From positions 1 to 64,000 of IMG/VR virus record IMGVR_UViG_3300045988_150026: 64,000 nucleotides of DNA; one strand, given 5' to 3'. Shown piece by piece: positions 8,457-17,384 of the stretch. Below the pieces are notes generated by a model. The model had not been told where the DNA came from. It did not search any database and saw nothing but the letters and a program-made list of their open reading frames with translations. Every line of letters begins with the position of its first letter. The first letter of the stretch is position 1. The position numbers were made by a program, and so were the translations under genes. The stretch comes from a virus.

Positions 8457-8612
8457 ATGTTAAAAATTAAGTTCAAATACAGAGATGAAATGAGCAACTG
8501 GAAATGGAGAACGTAAAGCTGTGTGGTTGAATCCGTAGAAGAATGTAAGAGAATTTATGGTCTTGGAATTGATTGTGACTATGAAATTCTTGAAGTAACA
8601 GAAACTAAATAA
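8457..8612 (+). pseudogene. small Cys-containing ORF interrupted by in-frame TAA at 8514
   Basis: MLKIKFKYRDEMSNWKWRT-TAA-SCVVESVEECKRIYGLGIDCDYEILEVTETK in a single frame. Reading checked codon by codon. Confidence 0.45.
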
Positions 8613-8620
8613 AGAGAATA

Positions 8621-8656
8621 ATAAGACAGATGCAGAAATGTATCTGTCTTATTTAT
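8621..8656 (+). terminator. rho-independent terminator
   Basis: ATAAGACAGAT pairs with ATCTGTCTTAT, followed by a T-rich tail. Confidence 0.65.
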
Positions 8657-8672
8657 TAGGAAGGAGAGCAGA

Positions 8673-9311
8673 ATGGGACTTGTATATTTGAAGAACGAAG
8701 AGAAACGGATTTATGAAGCGTATGGAATGATTGTGTATGGAATACAAGATAGATACACATGGAGTATTTACACAGATAGACCGGATGAAAATGTATATAC
8801 ATCATTACGGATTGAAAGAGATGAAAAGAACATTTTAGACGTTCATCTTGGAAATTTGTGTATTTTTGAAGAGAATTTTAATAGAACGATTGATAACTTT
8901 TTATGGTGGATTGATAAAGATAATCCAAATTCCTACGACATTAGACATGCTGTGTTTAAAAGTCTGACGAAAACGGATTCATTATTCAATCATCTGATTG
9001 GAAATCGTAAGCGAAAAGAACAGGCAGAAGCTAATGAAAAGGCAAGAGTTGCAGCAATAAGAGAAGAGGAACAGAGACAGATCGACTTGATCAAGCAGTA
9101 TTGCGAAAAGGAAAATCTTTTATTCAAACAGTATTATGAGAAAGCTTATCTGATTAAGTTGTATAACGAAAATGTAAAACAGATGATTGAAAATGCAGAC
9201 AACAAGCAGTTTGAAGGATTGAGAGATTTTATGAATGAACATCCTGACAATACAGATGCAGTGATTGTAATGAATGGAAATATTGAAGATATAGCAAGGC
9301 AGATAGCGTAG
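8673..9311 (+). CDS. hypothetical protein
   Basis: 212 aa. GGAAGGAG RBS. Confidence 0.65.
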   Translation: MGLVYLKNEEKRIYEAYGMIVYGIQDRYTWSIYTDRPDENVYTSLRIERDEKNILDVHLGNLCIFEENFNRTIDNFLWWIDKDNPNSYDIRHAVFKSLTKTDSLFNHLIGNRKRKEQAEANEKARVAAIREEEQRQIDLIKQYCEKENLLFKQYYEKAYLIKLYNENVKQMIENADNKQFEGLRDFMNEHPDNTDAVIVMNGNIEDIARQIA

Positions 9312-9324
9312 GAGGTTGATTGAT

Positions 9325-9687
9325 ATGAGAGATAACATTAAAGAGATTAGTAAGGCAGAATTTGTTAGAAGAATTACAAGTGGTAAGTCATTATTCATTG
9401 GGATTAGCCCTGCTATGGATGATGGAGAAATTGGTGCTGTAAGACAGAGAAGGCTTGAAAATTATAAATCACATGCAAGAACATGTGTGGCAAAATCAAA
9501 TAATCATTTAGTATTTGATGGAGATAGTCATTTGGAACTCAAAGATGTAAAACCACATACCTTTATAAAGTGCTATGCAACAGATGACAATATCCTAGTT
9601 GTAGAACAAAAATGGCTTGATATTGATTGGAATGGAAATGTGGATGATACAAGATACAAATATTTGTATTACACAATGGAGGAATAG
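9325..9687 (+). CDS. hypothetical protein
   Basis: 120 aa. TAGGAGG RBS before ATG 9325. Confidence 0.6.
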   Translation: MRDNIKEISKAEFVRRITSGKSLFIGISPAMDDGEIGAVRQRRLENYKSHARTCVAKSNNHLVFDGDSHLELKDVKPHTFIKCYATDDNILVVEQKWLDIDWNGNVDDTRYKYLYYTMEE

Positions 9688-9689
9688 TT

Positions 9690-9938
9690 ATGATAATTGA
9701 AAAATTATCTGGCGATTTTATCAGAGGATATACTAAGGCAATTCAAGATATTTCTGAAGTGTTTGACTATGTTAACAATGATTTGAAATGTCATAAAAAA
9801 CGACTGAATGACAAGTTAGCAAAAGAATTGCTCAAATGTATATTAGAAAATCGTGAAAATATAAGAGAAGATAAAAATGGATTTATTAGATGGAATTGTG
9901 TAACAAATAAATTTGAGTGGTTTAAAAGGAGCGAGTGA
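9690..9938 (+). CDS. hypothetical protein
   Basis: 82 aa. GGAGG RBS. Confidence 0.6.
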   Translation: MIIEKLSGDFIRGYTKAIQDISEVFDYVNNDLKCHKKRLNDKLAKELLKCILENRENIREDKNGFIRWNCVTNKFEWFKRSE

Positions 9939-9940
9939 AT

Positions 9941-10210
9941 ATGACATATAAATTTGCTTTTGAAAAGAGAGATTATGCGAGAATTGATAAACTTACAAAT
10001 GCTGAAACATTTTATGATGAAGCTCGTAAACTTGTTAAGAATGTAAAGAGTGACCACGGAATTAAAAGCTGGCAAGTTTTGGCAGATCAGAGATATGCAG
10101 AACTTATTACAGGTTGCGAAGATGTTAGAAGAAATATTGATTATGTGGATGGAAAATTTCACGAAAGATATTTTGATACAAATGGAAATGAAGTATTTGT
10201 GACAGCATAA
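9941..10210 (+). CDS. hypothetical protein
   Basis: 89 aa. AAAGGAG RBS. ATG 9941. Confidence 0.6.
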   Translation: MTYKFAFEKRDYARIDKLTNAETFYDEARKLVKNVKSDHGIKSWQVLADQRYAELITGCEDVRRNIDYVDGKFHERYFDTNGNEVFVTA

Positions 10211-10223
10211 AGGAGTGATGTAA

Positions 10224-10493
10224 ATGGAAGGCAACTATATTATAGTTGATTTTAATGGCACAACTCATGTATTAATATTGACAAAGACAAAAGAACTTTT
10301 GGGAAAGGTAAAACCAAAGGGTTGTCCATTCTGTAATTATTCGATGTTTAACTTATTAAGTGATTGGATACAGATGTACTCATGGCAAATGGAAAGAAAT
10401 AAAAGAATTCCACTTGTAGAATTTGTAAAAGAAATAAGAACAGACGGAAAACAGATTTATAAGGATTCAATGATAAATATTTTGGAATTATAG
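10224..10493 (+). CDS. hypothetical protein
   Basis: 89 aa. AAAGGAG RBS. Confidence 0.6.
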   Translation: MEGNYIIVDFNGTTHVLILTKTKELLGKVKPKGCPFCNYSMFNLLSDWIQMYSWQMERNKRIPLVEFVKEIRTDGKQIYKDSMINILEL

Positions 10494-10508
10494 ATTGTAC
10501 AACATCTA

Positions 10509-10526
10509 ATGAAAGAACGATTTCAA
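10509..10526 (+). repeat. intercistronic motif copy ATGAAA-GAACGA-TTTCAA
   Basis: Intergenic, 16 nt after stop 10493. Confidence 0.5.
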
Positions 10527-10568
10527 GAATTGAAGATGGGAAATATATAAATAGAAAGGAATAAAAAT

Positions 10569-10763
10569 ATGGAAGAAAAAGATATGAGAATTTGTCCAGT
10601 GTGCGGAAAAGAAGTAGAAAGAAATGATATGAATTTTACAAGAGACTGTCACGGGATTACTTTTAGATTGGTATGCTATAGTTGCTGGGAGAAATTAATG
10701 GAAAAAGGATATGATGGTCAATATTATAGTGAAGCAGACGAATGTATTGATGAAGACTATTAG
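10569..10763 (+). CDS. zinc-ribbon protein
   Basis: 64 aa. CPVC...CYSC cysteine pairs. Confidence 0.55.
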   Translation: MEEKDMRICPVCGKEVERNDMNFTRDCHGITFRLVCYSCWEKLMEKGYDGQYYSEADECIDEDY

Positions 10764-10775
10764 AAGGTGAAAAAT

Positions 10776-11090
10776 ATGATTAGTACATTGGAAAGAGAAA
10801 ATAGCATTGATGGAATGTTGTTTGGAAAAATGAAAGAACTTCCGAACTGGTATGGAATTGATGGCATCGGATTTACATGGCATGGCGAATGGAGTGATCC
10901 TGAAATTGAATATAAAGGAAAGCGAATCAACGCAAATATCATTGAAGATTCAATGTGGGATCGTTGGATTCGTGATGATGACGGAAAATTAATTGACGGA
11001 AGAGAAAACGATGATGATGGATTTACACAGTTTATGTTAGATAACAAGGATGAAGTTTATGAATTAATTGAATTAGCAATGGAGGAATAA
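10776..11090 (+). CDS. hypothetical acidic protein
   Basis: 104 aa. AGAAGGTG RBS before ATG 10776. Confidence 0.6.
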   Translation: MISTLERENSIDGMLFGKMKELPNWYGIDGIGFTWHGEWSDPEIEYKGKRINANIIEDSMWDRWIRDDDGKLIDGRENDDDGFTQFMLDNKDEVYELIELAMEE

Positions 11091-11092
11091 AA

Positions 11093-11284
11093 GTGGGAAT
11101 TAATGTATTGAGAGTTGAACTGGTAAGAGAAATTGGTAATTTAAAGACGTATAAAATTACATACCAAGAAGAAACAGAAGTTGAAACAACACTTGTTGGA
11201 AATACATTCAATTACAGTGAAGAACCTAACCTTCCTGAAGCTGTACTTGATTTTGCAGAGCAATGGATTCTTGGAAATATTTAG
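11093..11284 (+). CDS. hypothetical protein
   Basis: 63 aa. GTG start preceded by GGAGG. Confidence 0.5.
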   Translation: MGINVLRVELVREIGNLKTYKITYQEETEVETTLVGNTFNYSEEPNLPEAVLDFAEQWILGNI

Positions 11285-11296
11285 AAAGGTGGTTTT

Positions 11297-11524
11297 ATGA
11301 AGACGGTCGTAAAAGTATATAGGAATAAACGGAATAATAATAAGTATATTGAGGTTCATAATGATGGACATTATCACAATTCTGTTCGTCAGTATATAGA
11401 ACATAATCAGAAGGTTGCAGGTCGAAAGGTTGGAGTTGTGCGGAACTACACTGGTGATGGATCGTTGCATCGGTGGAGAAAATACAATTTGAAAGAATTG
11501 TTGGAAGACTATAAAGAGGTGTGA
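11297..11524 (+). CDS. hypothetical basic protein
   Basis: 75 aa. AAAGGTGG RBS. Confidence 0.55.
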   Translation: MKTVVKVYRNKRNNNKYIEVHNDGHYHNSVRQYIEHNQKVAGRKVGVVRNYTGDGSLHRWRKYNLKELLEDYKEV

Positions 11525-11525
11525 T

Positions 11526-11726
11526 ATGAAACTGCATGGAGAAAGTTTTATATTAAAACAAGATTTAATGGATACAATAGCATCCTATATGGATGATGAT
11601 ATAAGAGAGGATTTACATTTCAGGATTGCGCCATGCAGTCCTGATTTATTTTTAAGAGAATATATAAAGAGAGATCCTGATTTTGTTGATCTTCTCAAAA
11701 GCGAATTTGGTATAGAAATGGAGTGA
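11526..11726 (+). CDS. hypothetical protein
   Basis: 66 aa. AGAGGTG RBS. Confidence 0.55.
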   Translation: MKLHGESFILKQDLMDTIASYMDDDIREDLHFRIAPCSPDLFLREYIKRDPDFVDLLKSEFGIEME

Positions 11727-11731
11727 TCAGA

Positions 11732-11860
11732 GTGGACACAAGGGAACTTGTAGAAAAAGTTGTTGATTGCTTATCTGATGGATATGACGATGAAGAGAAC
11801 AGAGATGAAACTGAAAATCTTCTTTATGATAGCTTTCCTTATAGTGAATTGGAATTATAG
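11732..11860 (+). CDS. hypothetical small acidic protein
   Basis: 42 aa. GTG start 8 nt after GGAG. Below the track cutoff. Confidence 0.3.
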   Translation: MDTRELVEKVVDCLSDGYDDEENRDETENLLYDSFPYSELEL

Positions 11861-11879
11861 AAAGTTAGGAGGATTGAAT

Positions 11880-12062
11880 ATGTGCAGAATAGCAGGGATT
11901 GTATTTGAACATGGTAATGATGATTTTGGATATTGGAATGGATTTACGTTAACAGAAGAAGAGGAAAATATTATTCAAGAAATCCTTTTACGGCACGATA
12001 CAGAGGGATGTTCTGTAAGAGGAAGTAAAGAAGAAATTTTAGAAGATTTGTTGGCAATTTAA
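11880..12062 (+). CDS. hypothetical protein
   Basis: 60 aa. TAGGAGG RBS before ATG 11880. Track start 11760 rejected. Confidence 0.55.
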   Translation: MCRIAGIVFEHGNDDFGYWNGFTLTEEEENIIQEILLRHDTEGCSVRGSKEEILEDLLAI

Positions 12063-12106
12063 AAGAACGGAAAGGAAAAATTATTAAAGAAAAGAGGTTG
12101 TCGAGT

Positions 12107-12361
12107 ATGAATAAGAAAAAATATTATGCAATTACAACGGAAATGGTTTTTAAGAAAACTGTTTTAGTTCCAATTGAAGAAGCAAAAGATATTGAGCAAG
12201 CAGAAAGAATTGTAGATGCTGCTGTAGAAGATTGTACTGTTATGGTACTTGATGAAGATGCAGAGTGTAACACATATACAAGTGAATATGCAGATGAAAA
12301 CGGAATGTACGAATTGACAGAAAAAGAGTCCGAATGTTATCAGATTATTTGTGAAAATTAA
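12107..12361 (+). CDS. hypothetical acidic protein
   Basis: 84 aa. AGAGG RBS. ATG 12107. Confidence 0.55.
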   Translation: MNKKKYYAITTEMVFKKTVLVPIEEAKDIEQAERIVDAAVEDCTVMVLDEDAECNTYTSEYADENGMYELTEKESECYQIICEN

Positions 12362-12400
12362 TGAAACAAGATTGCAGAATTGGAAATGTGGGAGGTACAT

Positions 12401-12625
12401 ATGGATATTACAAATTTATACGCATACAGAATTGATGAATTGGCTATTGGTATGGTAAAGGCAGAATCTTATGAAGATGCAAGAGAAAAAGTAAAAACAG
12501 CTTATTTAAAACACAATGATTGTTTCAATTCTGAAAGAGATTCCATCGAATTGAAAAAGATTATGGAAAATGATTCATGGTTTAGTGATAATCCAGACAT
12601 AATTGAGATTGATGATTTGATATAG
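12401..12625 (+). CDS. hypothetical protein
   Basis: 74 aa. GGGAGG RBS before ATG 12401. Confidence 0.55.
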   Translation: MDITNLYAYRIDELAIGMVKAESYEDAREKVKTAYLKHNDCFNSERDSIELKKIMENDSWFSDNPDIIEIDDLI

Positions 12626-12644
12626 AAATGGAGATGTAGAAATT

Positions 12645-12926
12645 ATGAAAGAATTTATAGTTAGATGGACAGCAGACGGATATTGTGTTGAGTTTCATTA
12701 TCTAGTTATTGCTGAATCGTTAGATAATGCAAAAGAATTATGGGATGAATATATAAAAACACATGAGAAAATTCAGTATTCATGGGATAAAGCGGTAAAA
12801 GCAGTTAAGCATCATTATGGTGGATATATTTCATGGAAAGATAATGGAGATACGAATAGATCTAAAGGTTGTTATGAAATGGAAAGTGAGAATATCTTTA
12901 CTGGTAGCGACCATTTAAGAGATTAA
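12645..12926 (+). CDS. hypothetical protein
   Basis: 93 aa. TGGAGA RBS. Confidence 0.6.
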   Translation: MKEFIVRWTADGYCVEFHYLVIAESLDNAKELWDEYIKTHEKIQYSWDKAVKAVKHHYGGYISWKDNGDTNRSKGCYEMESENIFTGSDHLRD

Positions 12927-12943
12927 TGAAACAAGATTTTCAT
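12926..12943 (+). repeat. intercistronic motif copy ATGAAA-CAAGAT-TTTCAT, perfect arms
   Basis: Overlaps TAA 12924-12926 as TAATGAAA. A degenerate copy with the same spacer lies at 12361-12378. Confidence 0.6.
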
Positions 12944-13102
12944 TGAGAAGAATGGAGAAAGATATGGAAAATCTAGCTAATGAATGGTGTAAAAAGCATC
13001 ATGCAATATTACTTAGATGTTGCAAGAACGGGTTTTTATTATATGAATGCAAATGGAGATTGGTATATCTCTTATAATGAAATGTAGAAAGTAGGTAAAA
13101 AA

Positions 13103-13318
13103 ATGTCAACTATTGAAAAGTCAAAAGAGGACGCATGGAACTTAAATGAACTTATGGATCATTTGATCAAATTGATTGAATCAGATGACAAGCGGTTTTC
13201 ATTTGAATTTTGTGCAGGTGGTACAATGGAAATTTACGACAAAGAAAAAGAAATCGGGTACGCCGTTCATATTGCATCGATTGAATATGACGAGAACGGA
13301 AACGCAACAAATTTATAA
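13103..13318 (+). CDS. hypothetical protein
   Basis: 71 aa. Weak RBS. Confidence 0.5.
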   Translation: MSTIEKSKEDAWNLNELMDHLIKLIESDDKRFSFEFCAGGTMEIYDKEKEIGYAVHIASIEYDENGNATNL

Positions 13319-13396
13319 AGAAGACGAAGTGAATTACTTGTGGCAGTCATGCTTCGTGTGAAAGAGAAGATATCTAATTGAATGGAGAAAAGATAC

Positions 13397-13573
13397 ATGG
13401 AAAATATTTGTGTAATAATTACATACAAAACAGGGAGATATGTACCTATTCATGAAAATAAAGAAACAGTTATATCATGTTCAATTGAACAGGCAATACA
13501 TGATCTTGCTGTTAGGTTTTTACATAATAACCCAGGAATGAAAATAGAAATTGTAAAAGCAGAATCAGTATAA
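13397..13573 (+). CDS. hypothetical protein
   Basis: 58 aa. GGAGAAAAG before ATG 13397. Confidence 0.5.
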   Translation: MENICVIITYKTGRYVPIHENKETVISCSIEQAIHDLAVRFLHNNPGMKIEIVKAESV

Positions 13574-13609
13574 CAATGAAATAATGATTTCAGAAACGGA
13601 GGAAATATT

Positions 13610-13807
13610 ATGAGAGAAGAATTAAAGCGGTTAATTAGAAATTATTTTAATGAAAACGGTTTTGATGTATCAAAGGCAGATGATTTGATTGACGAGTACG
13701 AATCAGAACAGACATTTACAGAATTAAAAGATGGAAATTTTGAAATGGTCACAGGAAATACATACGAAGAAGTATCAGAATGGTTGCATAAGAAGGGTAT
13801 CAATTAG
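13610..13807 (+). CDS. hypothetical protein
   Basis: 65 aa. ACGGAGG RBS. Confidence 0.55.
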   Translation: MREELKRLIRNYFNENGFDVSKADDLIDEYESEQTFTELKDGNFEMVTGNTYEEVSEWLHKKGIN

Positions 13808-13808
13808 C

Positions 13809-13826
13809 ATGAAACGTAGATTTCAA
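13809..13826 (+). repeat. intercistronic motif copy ATGAAA-CGTAGA-TTTCAA
   Basis: Starts 2 nt after stop 13807. Same CGTAGA spacer as the copy at 15128. Confidence 0.55.
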
Positions 13827-13847
13827 AAGTGGATTGGGAGATGCAAA

Positions 13848-14135
13848 ATGAGATTACCACAAGAAATATTTGCAGAAGCATTATGGGTAGAATGGTTTGT
13901 TAATTACGGTAATATTTGTAAAAAGAAATTGCCGGATTTATTGAGGCGGTATAATTTAAAACTCAAAAAAGAGAAAATCTTAGATGATGTTAAATTATCA
14001 ATAGGTAGAGCTTTTAAAAATACTCCTTGTGTTTCTTCTAAGCAAATAGAACGCATTGCAGAGGAAATAGACAAGGTTTGTATCATAGCTAACTGGAAAA
14101 TGCAGTTGCAAAATATAAGGTATGATTGTCTGTAA
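13848..14135 (+). CDS. hypothetical protein
   Basis: 95 aa. GGGAGA RBS before ATG 13848. The upstream part of the track ORF is the hairpin motif. Confidence 0.5.
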   Translation: MRLPQEIFAEALWVEWFVNYGNICKKKLPDLLRRYNLKLKKEKILDDVKLSIGRAFKNTPCVSSKQIERIAEEIDKVCIIANWKMQLQNIRYDCL

Positions 14136-14171
14136 CGATAATTTCTTAGTTTAGAAAGGTAGGCAAATAAT

Positions 14172-14372
14172 ATGAAAGTATTAAGTGATGATTTAATGAC
14201 TAGAATGGAATATCACAAATATATATTATCTGAATGTGAAAGACAGTGGAAAAAATGTCAAGAAGAAAAATATGGATCTTGGGATAGTCAGTCCGATGAT
14301 GAAAAAGCCGATTATTATAATTCGCTTTATAGCGAATATGCAGACTTACTTGGCAAGAAATCGAGAGAATAA
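14172..14372 (+). CDS. hypothetical protein
   Basis: 66 aa. AAAGGTAGG RBS. Confidence 0.55.
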   Translation: MKVLSDDLMTRMEYHKYILSECERQWKKCQEEKYGSWDSQSDDEKADYYNSLYSEYADLLGKKSRE

Positions 14373-14544
14373 CACCATTAAACAATGCAATAGAAATTAT
14401 ATTGAAATGGCACTTTTAAAAAGGAGTAGATAAGGATGTTTAGAAAAAAGCATAGTAAAGGAGAGTAATTTCAAGAATGGGAATTTAAGGTTAAATGTAC
14501 TTGGATTCCTGTTCTTTTTATCTTTGTAGAAAGGGTGGTGTTAT

Positions 14545-15015
14545 ATGGGTATATTTTTACAAGATACAGAATTAGTTCATTTAATGAATAAACGAGACAT
14601 TATGTTAGACGAGTGTGTAAGTTCATATGTCAACGGTGATTTTCCAAATTTGAGAAATCAGCTTGAAGAATCTAAGGATATTAGGAAAGAATTTAGAGAA
14701 ACATCACATTCCTGTTCTGATTCCGACAGGCTCGTCATATTAGCAAGTCAATTTGTAGAAACTTGTGATATTTTTGAAAGGCTGTTGCACGAAGAATTAG
14801 TTAGAAAGGAAATGAGATAGATATACAGAAAAATAAAAGAATTACTACAAGGTCTTAAAAGGCGATATTTATACGACGCATGTTACACTCAGCGAGAAAA
14901 AGAGGGTTATGCTATATTTGAAAAGTGTGGTGGATGGGTAGGAGGTACATGGACGACAGGCTATTTATCTGAGAGATGTATAGATTGCCCATACTACATT
15001 GAACTGGAGGATTGA
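14545..15015 (+). pseudogene. ORF with in-frame TAG at 14818: nonsense-interrupted or read-through gene
   Basis: A 91-aa ORF ends at TAG 14818-14820. The same frame stays open for 64 more codons (IYRKIKELL...KCGGWVGG...CIDCPYYIELED) with no in-frame ATG, GTG or TTG. Confidence 0.5.
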
Positions 15016-15022
15016 TATTTTT

Positions 15023-15166
15023 ATGAAATACATAGATAAAGTAGAAGCGTGGTTATATCGGTTTGTTGATGGGGAATTGAGAAATTTACACCGGATTTAT
15101 ATGATGGTGTCTTATGTTTTTATTAGGATGAACGTAGATTTCAAAATTAGGAGTGGTATTATATGA
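15023..15166 (+). CDS. hypothetical small protein
   Basis: 47 aa. GGAGG RBS 10 nt upstream. ATGA overlap with the next gene. Confidence 0.4.
   Translation: MKYIDKVEAWLYRFVDGELRNLHRIYMMVSYVFIRMNVDFKIRSGII
15128..15144 (+). repeat. intercistronic motif copy ATGAA-CGTAGA-TTTCAA
   Basis: Immediately before the TAGGAG RBS of 15163. Confidence 0.5.
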
Positions 15167-15528
15167 GAAATAGTTATGAAAGATTGAAGAGTGTTCAAAC
15201 ATCATTGTCTGAATTATCAAACAGTCTTGAGGAACAGTATTATAAAATGCGTCAGGAATGTATGGATGAAATTATTGAAGATAAAAAAGAACGGACGATA
15301 AAGAAAAATGAAATGTACTTGCTTTATGAGAAAATTTTAGATAGCGATTCTATGAGAATGACATGGATTAAGAATAAGCTGCCATGGTATATTACAAGAT
15401 TTTGTAAAATTACAAGCACAGAAATGTCTTTAAGAGATACAAGTATTTTTATTGGTGTAAATTTCGGTAAATCATGCAAACCAAATTGTTATGTAGAAAT
15501 TACGCCTAGAGATATTGGATGGATATAA
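15163..15528 (+). CDS. hypothetical protein
   Basis: 121 aa. TAGGAG RBS. Confidence 0.6.
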   Translation: MRNSYERLKSVQTSLSELSNSLEEQYYKMRQECMDEIIEDKKERTIKKNEMYLLYEKILDSDSMRMTWIKNKLPWYITRFCKITSTEMSLRDTSIFIGVNFGKSCKPNCYVEITPRDIGWI

Positions 15529-15560
15529 CCGTGAAACAGAAAGTATCAGGAGGAAATGTT

Positions 15561-15863
15561 ATGGCAGTATATCAGTTAAATAGACCAAGTATTGATACAG
15601 TTATTGATTATTGTAATGACCTTGCTGCAAATGAAAAACTTGAGGTATATGAGTTTGGGAAAAACAATGATTTGGTATTACATATCTATAAGGATGAAGA
15701 ATTTAACCCATTATCTGATAAAGACAGTTTTAACATTGTAACAGTTAGTACGGCACAAAATGGAAATTGGGTAGATGATACTGGTGATGCATATGTGACA
15801 GATGGTTCTCTCTTAAGAGAATTGGAAAGAATTAATAATTACGAAAAATTTTCTATATTATAA
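15561..15863 (+). CDS. hypothetical protein
   Basis: 100 aa. CAGGAGG RBS before ATG 15561. Confidence 0.6.
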   Translation: MAVYQLNRPSIDTVIDYCNDLAANEKLEVYEFGKNNDLVLHIYKDEEFNPLSDKDSFNIVTVSTAQNGNWVDDTGDAYVTDGSLLRELERINNYEKFSIL

Positions 15864-15878
15864 ACGGAGGTAGATTTT

Positions 15879-16145
15879 ATGAAAAAATATGCAGTAGTTG
15901 TTTATTACACATTTGATTCTGAAACGTGTGTATATTTATTTGATACATATGAAGAAGCTTGTGATTATTTACAGAGAATGTGGCAATATTGTTTCAATTC
16001 AGAATTTTCAAGTGATGAAAGTGAAATTGATTTCGAGATGACGTATCATGAAGATGATTATGCACAGATTAAGTGGATCGGAAATGATAACCCAATGAGG
16101 ATATGGCAAGTAACAGCAGTAAGCGAGCCAATGAAAATTAATTAG
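15879..16145 (+). CDS. hypothetical acidic protein
   Basis: 88 aa. ACGGAGG RBS. Confidence 0.6.
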   Translation: MKKYAVVVYYTFDSETCVYLFDTYEEACDYLQRMWQYCFNSEFSSDESEIDFEMTYHEDDYAQIKWIGNDNPMRIWQVTAVSEPMKIN

Positions 16146-16178
16146 ATGAAAAGCACATTTTATCAGGAGGTAAAAATT

Positions 16179-16439
16179 ATGAATAAAAGTGGTTTTAATA
16201 AAAGGGAACTTGAATTGATTGAGAATATACAAGCTGCTGAAAGCTATGTATCAGGAGACAATGATTTAGAAATTGATTCTTATAATGATGGATGGTATGC
16301 ATGTGAATATAATGGGGATGAATCAAGAATAATGGATAGTTATTCTAGTGAACCATTAATTACAGAAGAAGAAATAGAAAAACATAATGTGAATATCTAT
16401 AAGGTACTTGACTACTGCAATGTGTACTATTGTGGATAG
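16179..16439 (+). CDS. hypothetical acidic protein
   Basis: 86 aa. CAGGAGG RBS before ATG 16179. Confidence 0.6.
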   Translation: MNKSGFNKRELELIENIQAAESYVSGDNDLEIDSYNDGWYACEYNGDESRIMDSYSSEPLITEEEIEKHNVNIYKVLDYCNVYYCG

Positions 16440-16456
16440 AACAGAGGTGATTAATT

Positions 16457-16870
16457 ATGCTAGAAATGAGAAATGGATTTGTAGTAACAGATAATGATTG
16501 TATGCAGTGCCGGAAAGATTTAGGAGAAAGAAAATTTTTATTCATTCAGTCAATTTTGATGGATGGAGATAATAAATATTGTGTAGTAGCCAATGCGGAA
16601 GATTTAAAAGAAATGTCATTGGACGATATTAAAATGGCAATTTGTGGTTACTACGGCAATATAAATGCAATGGAAGAATCTTGCAAGTTGCCGTTAGGAC
16701 AATTGGATGAACTTGTTGCAGAATGTTCTTTTGAGAATCATCCATATTGTGATTGGGAGTATGAAAGCGAAATCGTAACATGGGAAAGAGCAGAAGAAAT
16801 TATTCAGAAGTTTATTGATACAAATGGAGAAGCCTTTGAGGAAAATAATATGGAAAATATTAAAGATTGA
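16457..16870 (+). CDS. hypothetical protein
   Basis: 137 aa. AGAGGTG RBS. Confidence 0.6.
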   Translation: MLEMRNGFVVTDNDCMQCRKDLGERKFLFIQSILMDGDNKYCVVANAEDLKEMSLDDIKMAICGYYGNINAMEESCKLPLGQLDELVAECSFENHPYCDWEYESEIVTWERAEEIIQKFIDTNGEAFEENNMENIKD

Positions 16871-16886
16871 TTGGAGGTTAATGAGT

Positions 16887-17126
16887 ATGAAGATTGTAGA
16901 AGTAGAACTTAATTCGGAAGAATCAAAAAAATATAACTTTGAGATGTACGCAGAATATAAGGATGGGTATTCATGTTACATATACGGTGAGGATGAAGAA
17001 GAGTGTATGTATAAAATTGGAGTGTTAGTTGATAGACACAAAGAATGTATATATTATACCGCTGTTAATGATGAAGATAGAACAGATGGAGAATGGATTG
17101 GAAGAGAAAATTATATTTATGAGTAG
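16887..17126 (+). CDS. hypothetical protein
   Basis: 79 aa. TGGAGG 9 nt before ATG 16887. Confidence 0.55.
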   Translation: MKIVEVELNSEESKKYNFEMYAEYKDGYSCYIYGEDEEECMYKIGVLVDRHKECIYYTAVNDEDRTDGEWIGRENYIYE

Positions 17127-17144
17127 ATGAAAACCGAATTTCAA
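17127..17144 (+). repeat. intercistronic motif copy ATGAAA-ACCGAA-TTTCAA
   Basis: Directly follows TAG 17124-17126. Confidence 0.55.
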
Positions 17145-17157
17145 AGGAGTTTAAAGA

Positions 17158-17340
17158 ATGAAGATTAAAGACTTGTTAGAAAAATTTTATGGTAATGATG
17201 TGTGGATAGAAATCAGAGACGAGAGGTTATGTCAAATCAATGCATGGAGAAAAGGCACGGCAATAGAAAAGTACGGATATTGTCATGTGATTTGTTGGAC
17301 GGTTAAGGACAATAATATTATTATCAATACGCGTTCTTAA
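17158..17340 (+). CDS. hypothetical protein
   Basis: 60 aa. AAAGGAG RBS. Confidence 0.5.
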   Translation: MKIKDLLEKFYGNDVWIEIRDERLCQINAWRKGTAIEKYGYCHVICWTVKDNNIIINTRS

Positions 17341-17384
17341 TTTCAAATAAGATGAAAATCGTATTTTATGATTGGAGAGTAAAA

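Noticed and set aside
12927-13102. Small ORFs or a possible frameshift in the gap 12927-13102 (MENLANEWCKKHH... from ATG 12964, and ...YYLDVARTGFYYMNANGDWYISYNEM in another frame).
   Set aside because: The two frames cannot be joined without crossing stops, and only the first has an RBS. There is not enough evidence to call either.
15879-16439. The ORFs 15879..16145 and 16146.. lie in the same frame, separated only by TAG. This could be a third read-through case.
   Set aside because: The downstream gene has its own strong CAGGAGG RBS and ATG at 16179. Sharing a frame has a one-in-three chance by accident.
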